DNA of 64,000 nt from the NCBI GenBank assembly GCA_037143195.1, contig JBAWZD010000001.1:80892-144891 (forward strand), given 5' to 3'. The DNA is from a bacterium. GTDB lineage: Bacteria > Patescibacteriota > Minisyncoccia > Phycocordibacterales > UBA9973. The notes beneath the pieces were generated by a model. That model worked only from the letters and a program-made list of their open reading frames with translations, had not been told where the DNA came from and did not search any database. Positions 15,564 to 25,011 of this stretch are shown here, piece after piece (the first letter of the stretch is position 1; each line of letters starts with the position of its first letter). Made by a program: the position numbers and the translations under genes.

Positions 15564-18500
15564 ATGAACACAAGAATACACACACTCTCGCTCGGGCTCC
15601 TTTTTTTGGGCGCACTCTTTTTCCCGTACGCACACGCAGATGCGTTTGCAACCATAAATACCGGTGCAGGATCGACGCCTAACTACTCATCCGTCGCAGA
15701 AAAAAAACTCTACGCAGGAAGCGGGAGTGATGACGTCGTTGTTATCAACGGTGCGGATGATTCCGTGTCTCATATTCCTGTCGGTGGCCCGACAGGTTTT
15801 TCTGTTCCTGTGGGCAACAAAGTCTACATGGAGACCAACGATGGGATTGTGGTCATTAACGCAACGACCGATACAGTCATCACCACGATTCCGGTTCTTG
15901 GATTGAATGGACGAGGTGGAACCTACGGCACTGTCGTGGGAACGCACTTGTACTGGGGTAACATTTCAAACTCGACTGTGTCTGTGATCGATACGACGAC
16001 TGATACCGTCGTCGGAAGTCCGATTTCTGTCGGAGGCGTTCCATTTTCTGCGAGTGTCGTTGGCACTACGATATACCTCAACTGCCAAACTGCGAATACT
16101 GTATATGTCATCGACGCTGATCCACGCTCGACTAACTACAATACTGTCATCGCGACGATTCCGGTAGGAGGAAGTCCATACTACTCGACTGCATTCGGCA
16201 AAAAAGTGTATGTGAGTAACAATAGTGACGCCACGATGTCTGTCATTGACGCAGATCCCGAGTCTGCATCGTACAATCATGTCATCGGAAGTCCGATTCC
16301 AATTGGAAGTGCTCCGTACACTGCGCGATCGATAGGACATAAGATATATGTCAGCGTGTATGGTGACAACGCGGAATCTGTCATTGATACAACAGATACG
16401 ACACCAGAGTTTCCGGGTGGACGATTCATGAAAAAAATTCCTGTCGGTGTCGCACCTGACTACGCACGATTTGTCGGAACGCGATTGTACGTCGCAAACC
16501 AAGGTGATCATAGTGTGTCGGTGATTGATACGGATACAGATACTGTTGTTGGTACAATCAGCGGAACAGGAATTCGATATCCAAGTGTTATCGGAACAAA
16601 AGTGTATGTTCCTGCGCTTGGATACGATTCTGTCACTGTTATCGATACAACCACTGACGTGACAGGGGATTTTCCCCAGCTTGTATCGTTTAGCACAAGC
16701 TCGCCCGATGGAACGTACTCGGCATCGGACACGATTCCTATCACGGCAAACTTTGGTCGTCCACTTCATTCGGGATCAACAATGACTGTTCGACTGAATA
16801 CCGGGGCTTCAGTTGTTTTGAATTCAGTTTCGGGTACGCAATTGTCGGGTACGTATACGGTCGGTGTGAATGATCAAACTCCTGATTTGGCAGTCTCGTC
16901 GATTCTGAGTGCTTCGGTTACTGATACGACAAATCACACACGCATGAATTATGCGATGCCGTATTCTGCAGGCAATTTTTCAGCCGAGAATTCTTTGATT
17001 GAGCGTAATATTGGTGATAGCAAAAATATTGTCATCGGAACATTTTTTTCTATTCCTGTTGGGAATAATCCTTATCAAATTTCTCCAGTCGTGACAGTCG
17101 GTGGTACAAAGTATGTCTATGTTGCCAATCAGGGCGATGGTACGGTGTCAGTCATTCGTTTGTCGGATTCGACAGTTGTTAGCACAATCACTGTTGGTTC
17201 TGAGCCGTATGGAATTGCCTCGGCCACTGTTTCGGGGGTTGTGTATTTATATGTCGCGAACACTGGTTCAAAATCAGTTTCTGTTATCGACACAAGCACC
17301 AACACCGTAGCTGCAACTGTCACTGTTGGATTAAATCCGTACTATGCGACGACTGTCGGAACAAACGTGTATGTCACAAATGGATTATCGAATACCGTCT
17401 CTGTGATTGATGCGAATACAAATACACTTGAGTCGACCGTCGAAGTAGGCTCGTATCCTCGTGGCATCAAAGCCCACGGTACGAATGTGTACGTCGCAAA
17501 CTACGGTGACATCAACAACAATTATGGTGGCAATAACACGATTTCTGTCATCGATGCAAACCCTGCATCTCCGACGTTCAACCAAGTCACGGCAACGATT
17601 GTTTCTCCAGGAGGAAGTGCCGGGCCTCGCGGAGTGACAATGCATACCGATGCAACGCTTGGAGACAAAGTCTATGTTTCTAACTTTCGTTCAGACACAG
17701 TTTCTGTTATCGACGTTAATCCGGCGCATGGGAACACTTACAACAAAATCGTACAAACTATCGCGGTTGGTAAAGGTCCGCGCGGCATGACTATCTTCGG
17801 TGATTATGTTTATGTAGAAAATTTTGACGACGGTACGATATCGATTATTGATACAACTGCATCGGGTGGTCTTGGTGCACTTATCGGATCGATTGATCCT
17901 GCAGGGCATTCACCGTCTGGTATTACCCCTGTGACGGGTGCTGGCGTTGCGATTCCAGGGATCTATTTTTCTCGCTTTCAGGACGGCGTTGTTTCGATTA
18001 TTGATACTGCAACCAATCAAGTCTATCCGCCACATCCAGCGACAACCTATACAATCACTGGACCGAGTACTGGAGTTTTGAATACGGTGTCAGACGTGTT
18101 TTCCGTACGTATGAACGGTACATTTTCTGGTGCCGTCACCATCACTCCGTCGGGCGGGGGAATCACAAATCCAATCGTACTCCATTTCTCAAATTCTCCG
18201 ACGCAATTTTTTACCATTACTCCGAGCGCAGTTGGAACGATATCACTCACTGCTTCAAACGATGGTGGATTACCTGATCCATCATCGCTCACATACCTCG
18301 CATACAATACGATGCCGTTTGTCTCGACCGGTAGTGCGACGGTACTTTCAGACACGTCAGTCCAAATGAGTGGCACGGTGACTGACATTGGTACGAGTAC
18401 TGTCACCACTACAGGATTCCATTATGGTACTGATGCATCGCTTGTGACGTATAGCGATAGTCGTACGATTGATTTGTCTATAACATCTACGCCGACAGGT

Positions 18501-21500
18501 TTCCAACGAAAAAATTCCGGTCTCATTTGTAACACACGATATTACTACCAAGCGTATGCAACGAACACGAGTGGAACGAGCTATGGAACAATACAAAGTT
18601 TTACCACCGACACCTGTGGTAGTGCTTCGCCAACAGTCGCGTGGTACGACACAGCGTGGAGTTATCGCACCAAGCTCACGATCGACCGCACAAAAGTCGC
18701 GAACAGTGATCAAACAAATTTCCCCGTACTTATTCGAAGCACGAATTCTGCATGGAAGAGCGCTGCACACAATGGACATGTCGCGTTTGATACGGGGAAC
18801 GATATCGTTTTTGTTGCTGACGACGGAGTAACAAAACTCAATCACGAAATTGAAAAATACGACCCGACTACAGGGGAATTGATCGCATGGGTGCGTGTTC
18901 CGACGGTCTCATATACTGCAGATACAGACGTATATATGTATTACGGCAATGCTTCTGCGAGTGATCAGTCGAATCCGACTGGAGTGTGGACCAATCACTT
19001 TGGTGCGGTGTACCATTTGTCTGATAGTGGACCTTCGATAGCTTCCGATACGACAGGCAATCACGATGCAACGACGAGCGGGGCTATCACATTTGGACAA
19101 ACAGGCACGATTCATAAAGCCGTGACATTCGATGGCACGATTGGTGGAGATATGGACACGGGATACGTTGTTCCGTCATCGGATATTTCTATCAGCGCGT
19201 GGGCACAGTCATCATCGACGGGAATCACCAATCGCTTGCTTGGCGCGAACGGAACAAACATCATTTGGGGCGCACGAAACGTATCAACAAGTCTCATTGC
19301 TTCAATCAACAGTGCGAGCGGGGGTGGTGGCAGCATTAACATCGACGTACCAAGTCTTGCGAGTGGTTGGCACTATATCGAATTAACAATTGATTCTACG
19401 AACGGAACACAGTTGTATGATGACGGCGTGCTTGTCGGAAGTTCGATATCAAAAAATATTGTTTCGACGAATTCTTTCCATATTGGAAACGATGGAGACG
19501 GAGTACCAACCGACGTGTTTGACGGATCGGTTGATGAAGTCCATTTTGCAACAGTCGCACGATCTGCTGATTGGGTTATGACCGAATATGCCAACCAACA
19601 ATCTACGGCATCATTTTACTCGCAGAGCAGAGAAGAAAACCAAGCATTTTCTATCAATGGTGGCGCGACCACAACTGCATCACCTGCGGTTACGCTCTCA
19701 CTTACGTGTGCGGGGACTCCAGGACCATGCACGATGATGCAGTTTTCTGACGATGGCGTGACGTATTCTTCGTTCGAATCATTTTCGACGACGAAGCTGT
19801 ACACACTTTCAGCAGGCGATGGAACAAAAACAGTCTACGTGAAATTCAAAGACGGTAGTAGCAATCTGAGTACTCCAATCTCGTCGAGTATTTTGCTCGA
19901 TTCAACTCCGCCAACTGGATCAATCAGTATCAATAGTGGAGCACAATCGACGCGTGTGACAAGTGTCACGTTGACACTCTCATGTAGTGACGTCGCAACC
20001 TCCTGCGCTCAAATGCAGTTTTCAAACGACGATACGACATACACATCACTTGAATCATTTTCGACGACGAAGAGTTACACACTGTCATCGGGGCTCGGAA
20101 TCAAAACGGTATATGTGCGATTCACTGATGCGCTTGGCAATGTGAGCCCATCATTTTCTGCAAGTATTGATTACGAGACTGCGGCTCCTGCTGTGGCAAC
20201 GACGTCGCCACTTGTTTTTGTAACCAAAACTTCCGCCGTGCTTTTGGGATCGGTGACGGATATTGGCACGAGCGCTGTTGTCACGACCGGTTTCCATTTT
20301 GGTACTGATCCTGCGCTTGCAACGTCAATCGATGTTCATACCGATGGACAATCAATCAATGCTTCACCGTCGAGCTTTTCTGAAACTCTTTCTGGTCTCA
20401 CGTGTGCGACAACGTATTACTATCGTTCGTACGCAACAAACAGCGACGGTACGGGCAATGGCTCGATTCAAAATTTTGCCACATCTCCGTGCACGAGCAC
20501 TGGTGTGGTTGCAACATGTGGTGATCTTGCCGATATGAGTACCGATCTTTCTGGATCGTATTCGCTTTCACGAGACCTTGATTGTAGTGGCATTAGCTTC
20601 ACTTCGATTGGTACCGCAGTCAATCCGTTTCTTGGTACGTTTGATGGACGCGGACATACGATTACCGGACTCTCAATCACGGGCGTCAGTAATGTAGGAT
20701 TATTTGGATTTGTCCAAGACGCGACAATCAGCAATCTCGGATTGGTGTCAGTCTCGATAACTGGCAAAAACCAAGTTGGTGCACTCGTTGGATCTGCGAC
20801 TGGTACGACGCGTATTACACATTCGTACGCGACGGGAAGCATCACTGGATCTGCAAACGGCGTATCTGTGGGTGGACTTGTTGGATACACCAATGGAACA
20901 GTTTCAATTTCAAAATCATATTCGACTGCTACAATCACAACCGGCTCCGGTTACAGTTCTGCTGGAGGATTGGTAGGACAGGCAGATGGGGCACTTACAA
21001 TCAATGATTCGTATGCACGAGGCAATATAACGAGCAGTAGCGCTGGAGGTTTGGTGGGAAATACCACAGGTACAGTTACCGTTACGAATGCATACGCGAC
21101 AGGCAACATAAACAATCGTACACGCGGAACATTCGCTGGAGGTTTGGTGGCGAGTAGTACAGGTGCGATCACAATTACCAACGCATTTAGTGCAGGGAGT
21201 TTGACTGGCTCGGGTACATTCGGAGGAATCATCGGAAGATACAACGGAAGCACTGGTATCACGAATGCATACTTCACTGATGCGAGCGCAAATAACGCCA
21301 AAGGTGTTCTCGTCGGATCAGTCGGACTACTCAAATCAATCGACCATGCAGTTTATGCACAAGGTGGAGGTAGTCCATGGAATTTTACGACAACATGGGC
21401 ATTTGATGGAGGAATAAATAATGGTTTTCCATTCTTACTTCCTGTTGCCGTGCCAAGTGTGACTGCTGGTAGTGTCTCCGCTATCACGACGAGTACTGCA

Positions 21501-22130
21501 ACACTTGCGGGTTCGATCACGAATATCGGCGGCGTCGCGGTAGCGACGCGTGGGTTCCATTACGGTTTCACGGCTAGCTACGGTTCACTCACGACAGAAA
21601 GTGGCAGCTTCGACACGGGTGACTTCAGCGCTCAATTGACGGGGCTTCTGTGCGCGACACAATATCACCTCGAAGCATACGCCACGAATAGTATCGGCAC
21701 AGGCACAAGCTCACCTGACGTCACATTCACGACGAGTCAGTGTCCTGTCACGAGTCGCGGTCACGTAGATCAAACTTCAGGCACAACGACGACACAAGCG
21801 AACACGACAAAACCACAAATCGGCACACAAACGAGTGGAAGCGGAGCATTCGTTTTCAAAAAAGTACTTCGTGTTGGATCAAAAGGACCTGACGTACTCG
21901 CACTTCAAAAATATCTCAACAGTCAGGGCTTCATCATTGCACAAAAGGGCACAGGATCTATTGGCAAGGAATCAACCTATTTTGGCAAAGCCACAGCCAA
22001 AGCCCTCGCAAAATTCCAAGAGGCACACGCCAAAGAAATTCTCACTCCGTCAGGACTCAAAAAGGGAACAGGTGTTTTGGGCACATCGACAATTGCGTAC
22101 ATAAACAAAACTGCCGTACTCAGCCGATAG
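15564..22130 (+). CDS. giant (2188-aa) secreted cell-surface protein: YVTN beta-propeller repeats, DUF2341-like, LamG/concanavalin-like, repeated Ig/Fn-like modules, GLUG-type repeats and a C-terminal peptidoglycan-binding domain
   Basis: Signal peptide MNTRIHTLSLGLLFLGALFFPYAHA. More than 15 repeats of the form VYV(A/S)N.G..(T/S)VSVID(T/A).TNTV. The AWSYRTKLTID...YMYYGN segment resembles DUF2341. LamG-like VYHLSD...VTFDG. GLFGFVQDATISNLGL resembles GLUG. The C-terminal LRVGSKGPDVLALQKYLNSQGF...FGKATAKALAKFQ fits PG_binding_1. Confidence 0.8.
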   Translation: MNTRIHTLSLGLLFLGALFFPYAHADAFATINTGAGSTPNYSSVAEKKLYAGSGSDDVVVINGADDSVSHIPVGGPTGFSVPVGNKVYMETNDGIVVINATTDTVITTIPVLGLNGRGGTYGTVVGTHLYWGNISNSTVSVIDTTTDTVVGSPISVGGVPFSASVVGTTIYLNCQTANTVYVIDADPRSTNYNTVIATIPVGGSPYYSTAFGKKVYVSNNSDATMSVIDADPESASYNHVIGSPIPIGSAPYTARSIGHKIYVSVYGDNAESVIDTTDTTPEFPGGRFMKKIPVGVAPDYARFVGTRLYVANQGDHSVSVIDTDTDTVVGTISGTGIRYPSVIGTKVYVPALGYDSVTVIDTTTDVTGDFPQLVSFSTSSPDGTYSASDTIPITANFGRPLHSGSTMTVRLNTGASVVLNSVSGTQLSGTYTVGVNDQTPDLAVSSILSASVTDTTNHTRMNYAMPYSAGNFSAENSLIERNIGDSKNIVIGTFFSIPVGNNPYQISPVVTVGGTKYVYVANQGDGTVSVIRLSDSTVVSTITVGSEPYGIASATVSGVVYLYVANTGSKSVSVIDTSTNTVAATVTVGLNPYYATTVGTNVYVTNGLSNTVSVIDANTNTLESTVEVGSYPRGIKAHGTNVYVANYGDINNNYGGNNTISVIDANPASPTFNQVTATIVSPGGSAGPRGVTMHTDATLGDKVYVSNFRSDTVSVIDVNPAHGNTYNKIVQTIAVGKGPRGMTIFGDYVYVENFDDGTISIIDTTASGGLGALIGSIDPAGHSPSGITPVTGAGVAIPGIYFSRFQDGVVSIIDTATNQVYPPHPATTYTITGPSTGVLNTVSDVFSVRMNGTFSGAVTITPSGGGITNPIVLHFSNSPTQFFTITPSAVGTISLTASNDGGLPDPSSLTYLAYNTMPFVSTGSATVLSDTSVQMSGTVTDIGTSTVTTTGFHYGTDASLVTYSDSRTIDLSITSTPTGFQRKNSGLICNTRYYYQAYATNTSGTSYGTIQSFTTDTCGSASPTVAWYDTAWSYRTKLTIDRTKVANSDQTNFPVLIRSTNSAWKSAAHNGHVAFDTGNDIVFVADDGVTKLNHEIEKYDPTTGELIAWVRVPTVSYTADTDVYMYYGNASASDQSNPTGVWTNHFGAVYHLSDSGPSIASDTTGNHDATTSGAITFGQTGTIHKAVTFDGTIGGDMDTGYVVPSSDISISAWAQSSSTGITNRLLGANGTNIIWGARNVSTSLIASINSASGGGGSINIDVPSLASGWHYIELTIDSTNGTQLYDDGVLVGSSISKNIVSTNSFHIGNDGDGVPTDVFDGSVDEVHFATVARSADWVMTEYANQQSTASFYSQSREENQAFSINGGATTTASPAVTLSLTCAGTPGPCTMMQFSDDGVTYSSFESFSTTKLYTLSAGDGTKTVYVKFKDGSSNLSTPISSSILLDSTPPTGSISINSGAQSTRVTSVTLTLSCSDVATSCAQMQFSNDDTTYTSLESFSTTKSYTLSSGLGIKTVYVRFTDALGNVSPSFSASIDYETAAPAVATTSPLVFVTKTSAVLLGSVTDIGTSAVVTTGFHFGTDPALATSIDVHTDGQSINASPSSFSETLSGLTCATTYYYRSYATNSDGTGNGSIQNFATSPCTSTGVVATCGDLADMSTDLSGSYSLSRDLDCSGISFTSIGTAVNPFLGTFDGRGHTITGLSITGVSNVGLFGFVQDATISNLGLVSVSITGKNQVGALVGSATGTTRITHSYATGSITGSANGVSVGGLVGYTNGTVSISKSYSTATITTGSGYSSAGGLVGQADGALTINDSYARGNITSSSAGGLVGNTTGTVTVTNAYATGNINNRTRGTFAGGLVASSTGAITITNAFSAGSLTGSGTFGGIIGRYNGSTGITNAYFTDASANNAKGVLVGSVGLLKSIDHAVYAQGGGSPWNFTTTWAFDGGINNGFPFLLPVAVPSVTAGSVSAITTSTATLAGSITNIGGVAVATRGFHYGFTASYGSLTTESGSFDTGDFSAQLTGLLCATQYHLEAYATNSIGTGTSSPDVTFTTSQCPVTSRGHVDQTSGTTTTQANTTKPQIGTQTSGSGAFVFKKVLRVGSKGPDVLALQKYLNSQGFIIAQKGTGSIGKESTYFGKATAKALAKFQEAHAKEILTPSGLKKGTGVLGTSTIAYINKTAVLSR

Positions 22131-22169
22131 ATTGAGTTTTTGGTTAAAAAAAGCTATAGTCCTTGCATC

Positions 22170-23282
22170 ATGAGTCTATCTATTGGAATCGTAGGCCTGC
22201 CAAACGTTGGAAAATCAACGCTGTTTAACGCACTTACCAAAAAGGGCGTGCCCGCTGAAAACTATCCATTTTGTACGATCGATCCATCGGTCGGCATTGT
22301 TGGTGTGCCTGATGAACGACTCCAGAAGCTTGCGACATTTTCGCAGACAAACAAAATCATTCCGGCTGCTATTGAATTCGTCGATATCGCAGGGCTTGTT
22401 GCGGGTGCTGCAAAGGGTGAAGGTCTCGGCAACAAATTCCTCGCCAATATTCGCGAGACCGATGCCATTTTTGAAATGGTGCGTATTTTCCCGATCAAAG
22501 CCGAAAAGGGAACCGACATCATGCATGTGTATGGTGACATCGATCCACTCCGTGATATCAAAGTCATCAACATGGAATTGTTGCTCGCCGATCTTGAGAC
22601 TGCGACCAAGCGTATGAACAATATTTCGCGCGATGCAAAGCGTGGCGACAAGGAAGCTGTCATCGAGGAAGGCGCACTTAAAAAAATCCTCGAAGCGCTT
22701 GAAGCTGAACAAATGGTGAATACCATTGCTTTTGACGACAAAGAAATTCCAAAGGTGCACCAGCTCGGCTTGCTCACGGCAAAACCGATTCTCTACGGAC
22801 TCAACAAGCGCGCTGGTACCAAAAATCTCGACGAGACCAATCCAGAACTTTTCAAGCAACTGTGTGATTACATTCTCTCAACTGGTGCACAATATGTCGT
22901 GCTCGATGCGAAGATTGAAGATGAACTCAAAGATTTCGAAGGTGATGAAAAAGAAATGTTCCGCACCGAAATGGGTGGTGGTGACAATGGTATCAATAGT
23001 TTGATTACAGCAGCATACAAATTGCTCGGTCTCGAGACGTACTTCACGACAGGTGTCGAAGAGACTCGCGCGTGGACTATTAAGAAGGGCAGTACTGCTC
23101 CCGTCGCTGGAATGGCAATTCACACAGATTTTAAGGAAAAATTCATTCGTGCTGAAATCATCAACTGGCAAGACCTCTTGAACGCAGGCTCCTACGCCGA
23201 AGCGCGCTCCAAAGGCAAAGTCCGCACCGAAGGCAAAGAGTATATCGTCAAAGACGGCGACGTGATTGAGTTTAAAATCTAG
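22170..23282 (+). CDS. ychF: ribosome-binding ATPase YchF (Obg-family GTPase)
   Basis: [20 protein letters not shown]1 motif, DIAGLV, a C-terminal TGS-like domain, 370 aa. Confidence 0.85.
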   Translation: MSLSIGIVGLPNVGKSTLFNALTKKGVPAENYPFCTIDPSVGIVGVPDERLQKLATFSQTNKIIPAAIEFVDIAGLVAGAAKGEGLGNKFLANIRETDAIFEMVRIFPIKAEKGTDIMHVYGDIDPLRDIKVINMELLLADLETATKRMNNISRDAKRGDKEAVIEEGALKKILEALEAEQMVNTIAFDDKEIPKVHQLGLLTAKPILYGLNKRAGTKNLDETNPELFKQLCDYILSTGAQYVVLDAKIEDELKDFEGDEKEMFRTEMGGGDNGINSLITAAYKLLGLETYFTTGVEETRAWTIKKGSTAPVAGMAIHTDFKEKFIRAEIINWQDLLNAGSYAEARSKGKVRTEGKEYIVKDGDVIEFKI

Positions 23283-23302
23283 CAATGGTAGACTAGAGCG
23301 CT

Positions 23303-23854
23303 ATGAACGGGGCGAGCTCCAAGGTACTCACAATGCTCAAAAAAGGCGCTATTGGCGTCTTTCCTACCGACACGCTCTATGGCGTGGTTGGGAGTGCTAT
23401 TTCGAAAAAAGCAGTAGAGCGTATTTTTGAGGTTAAAGGCCGAAGTGAGGGCAAGCCACTCATTATTTTGATTTCGTCGCTCGACGATATCAAACGATTT
23501 GGAATCAATCTCTTGCCCGAGCATGTTACGTATCTCGAGTCGGTCTGGCCAGGGGCGTTTTCGATTATTTTGCCATGCCCGCATCAGAAATTCGAGTATC
23601 TTCATCGCGGTACGAAATCACTCGCGTTTCGCATGCCCAAGAAAAAGAGTTTGCGCGATTTTCTCAAGGTGTCAGGACCACTCACTGCACCAAGTGCAAA
23701 TCCGCAAGGACTCAAACCTGCACACACCATCGCGGAAGCAAAAAAATATTTTGGAGACGCGGTTGATTTTTATTTTGCTGGTGGACGAAAGACAGGGAAG
23801 CCGTCGAGAGTCGTCTCGCTCCTATCGGGAAAACCGCTCGTACTTCGAAAATAA
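23303..23854 (+). CDS. tsaC: L-threonylcarbamoyladenylate synthase (YrdC/TsaC family)
   Basis: GVFPTDTLYGVVGSA and the KGRSEGKPLIIL motif typical of YrdC/Sua5, 183 aa. Confidence 0.8.
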   Translation: MNGASSKVLTMLKKGAIGVFPTDTLYGVVGSAISKKAVERIFEVKGRSEGKPLIILISSLDDIKRFGINLLPEHVTYLESVWPGAFSIILPCPHQKFEYLHRGTKSLAFRMPKKKSLRDFLKVSGPLTAPSANPQGLKPAHTIAEAKKYFGDAVDFYFAGGRKTGKPSRVVSLLSGKPLVLRK

Positions 23855-23895
23855 AATGATAGGCAAAAATAAAACTCGTGATACCATCACGAGTT

Positions 23896-24411
23896 TTATT
23901 CTCCCAAAATACTGCGATTCGTTGAACCTTTGCGCTTCATTTCAGCGATTTCTTTTCCGAGTTCGCGGAGTGAGTGCTCGATGCGGTGGAGCATTGCAGG
24001 ATCGATCGTAACCTCTTCCTCCTCATCGTCCTCTTGAATATCTTCGACATCCTCTTGAATATCATCGATATCTTTTTGAATCTCTTCGACGTCTTCTTGC
24101 ATCTCTTCCACGTTTTCTTGAATCTCGTCGACATCTTTCGCCACTTCGCGGAGATGTTTACTCTGACGATTGACACTCATTTGAATAAAAATCGAAAGGT
24201 AGATTGCCTCGAGCGAGACGACGGTCGTGAGTGCGAGCAAAATAGTGTTGAGTTCGATGCCAAAGAAGTAGAGCAGGAAGGAAATGATGAAAATCGCGGT
24301 GTGAAAAATGAGCGATGTCGTCGAACCGACCCAGCGGGTCGCGCGGAACGAAATATATTCGAGCAAGGGTTCGTCTTTTTGCCTCGGAGGGGCTACTTTG
24401 CGCGCATTCAT
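23896..24411 (-). CDS. DUF1003-family membrane protein with an acidic heptad-like repeat tail
   Basis: TM helices plus MSVNRQ, as in the DUF1003 SQNRQ motif. The C-terminus has about 7 repeats of (D/E)V(E/D)EIQ(E/K)D encoded by 21-nt tandem DNA repeats at 24010-24140. Confidence 0.55.
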   Translation of the reverse strand: MNARKVAPPRQKDEPLLEYISFRATRWVGSTTSLIFHTAIFIISFLLYFFGIELNTILLALTTVVSLEAIYLSIFIQMSVNRQSKHLREVAKDVDEIQENVEEMQEDVEEIQKDIDDIQEDVEDIQEDDEEEEVTIDPAMLHRIEHSLRELGKEIAEMKRKGSTNRSILGE

Positions 24412-24435
24412 GTGATGCTATAGTATACTACTTAT

Positions 24436-25005
24436 ATGGATACACAAACAACAATTACACCTGTTACTAAGGGGAAGGGCTTTATGAAGTGGGCCGTCGT
24501 CGTCGCAATTGTCATTGTTTTGAACCTCTTTTTCAATTATGCGATCTCGCTTGTGTACAAAGCACCGACATGGGACCAGTACATGCCTCGGACAGACGTT
24601 GTTGAGCCAATTACAAACAAGACTGATTGTTTAAATGTCGGAGGACAGTGGACGAATCCAGCTCCTGCGCCATCTGGTACAACCAACACTATTTCAAAGG
24701 GCGCAACTGCTCCAGGATATTGTGATCCAAATTATACGAATCTCCAGAAATACACTGCCGCTCAAAATACATATGATAGAACAGTGTTCATTATCCTCGT
24801 GGTGCTCGGTGTCATCTCGCTTGTGCTTGGTGCCGTAGTTACGAACATAATTTTACAACTTTCGTTTTCATGGGGTGGAGTACTTTCACTTGTGATCGCC
24901 TCGATGCGCTATTGGAGCGATGCGGACAATCTTCTCAAAGTCATCATTCTTGCAGTCGCGCTCGGAGCACTCATTTGGATTGCGGTCAAAAAATTAGCGA
25001 AGTAA
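24436..25005 (+). CDS. hypothetical membrane protein (N- and C-terminal TM segments, extracytoplasmic Cys-containing middle)
   Basis: ORF with hydrophobic ends. No recognisable domain. Confidence 0.4.
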   Translation: MDTQTTITPVTKGKGFMKWAVVVAIVIVLNLFFNYAISLVYKAPTWDQYMPRTDVVEPITNKTDCLNVGGQWTNPAPAPSGTTNTISKGATAPGYCDPNYTNLQKYTAAQNTYDRTVFIILVVLGVISLVLGAVVTNIILQLSFSWGGVLSLVIASMRYWSDADNLLKVIILAVALGALIWIAVKKLAK

Positions 25006-25011
25006 CAATCT

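Noticed and set aside
15966-16769. 267-aa ORF on the - strand, and many other 60-160-aa antisense ORFs inside 15564..22130
   Set aside because: All are antisense to the giant surface-protein gene. Their Arg/Cys/Ser-rich composition is what the reverse complement of Thr/Val/Asp-rich repeats produces. No starts, Shine-Dalgarno sequences or domains.
22215-22859. 214-aa ORF on the - strand, and 22262..22777
   Set aside because: Antisense to ychF, which is highly conserved.
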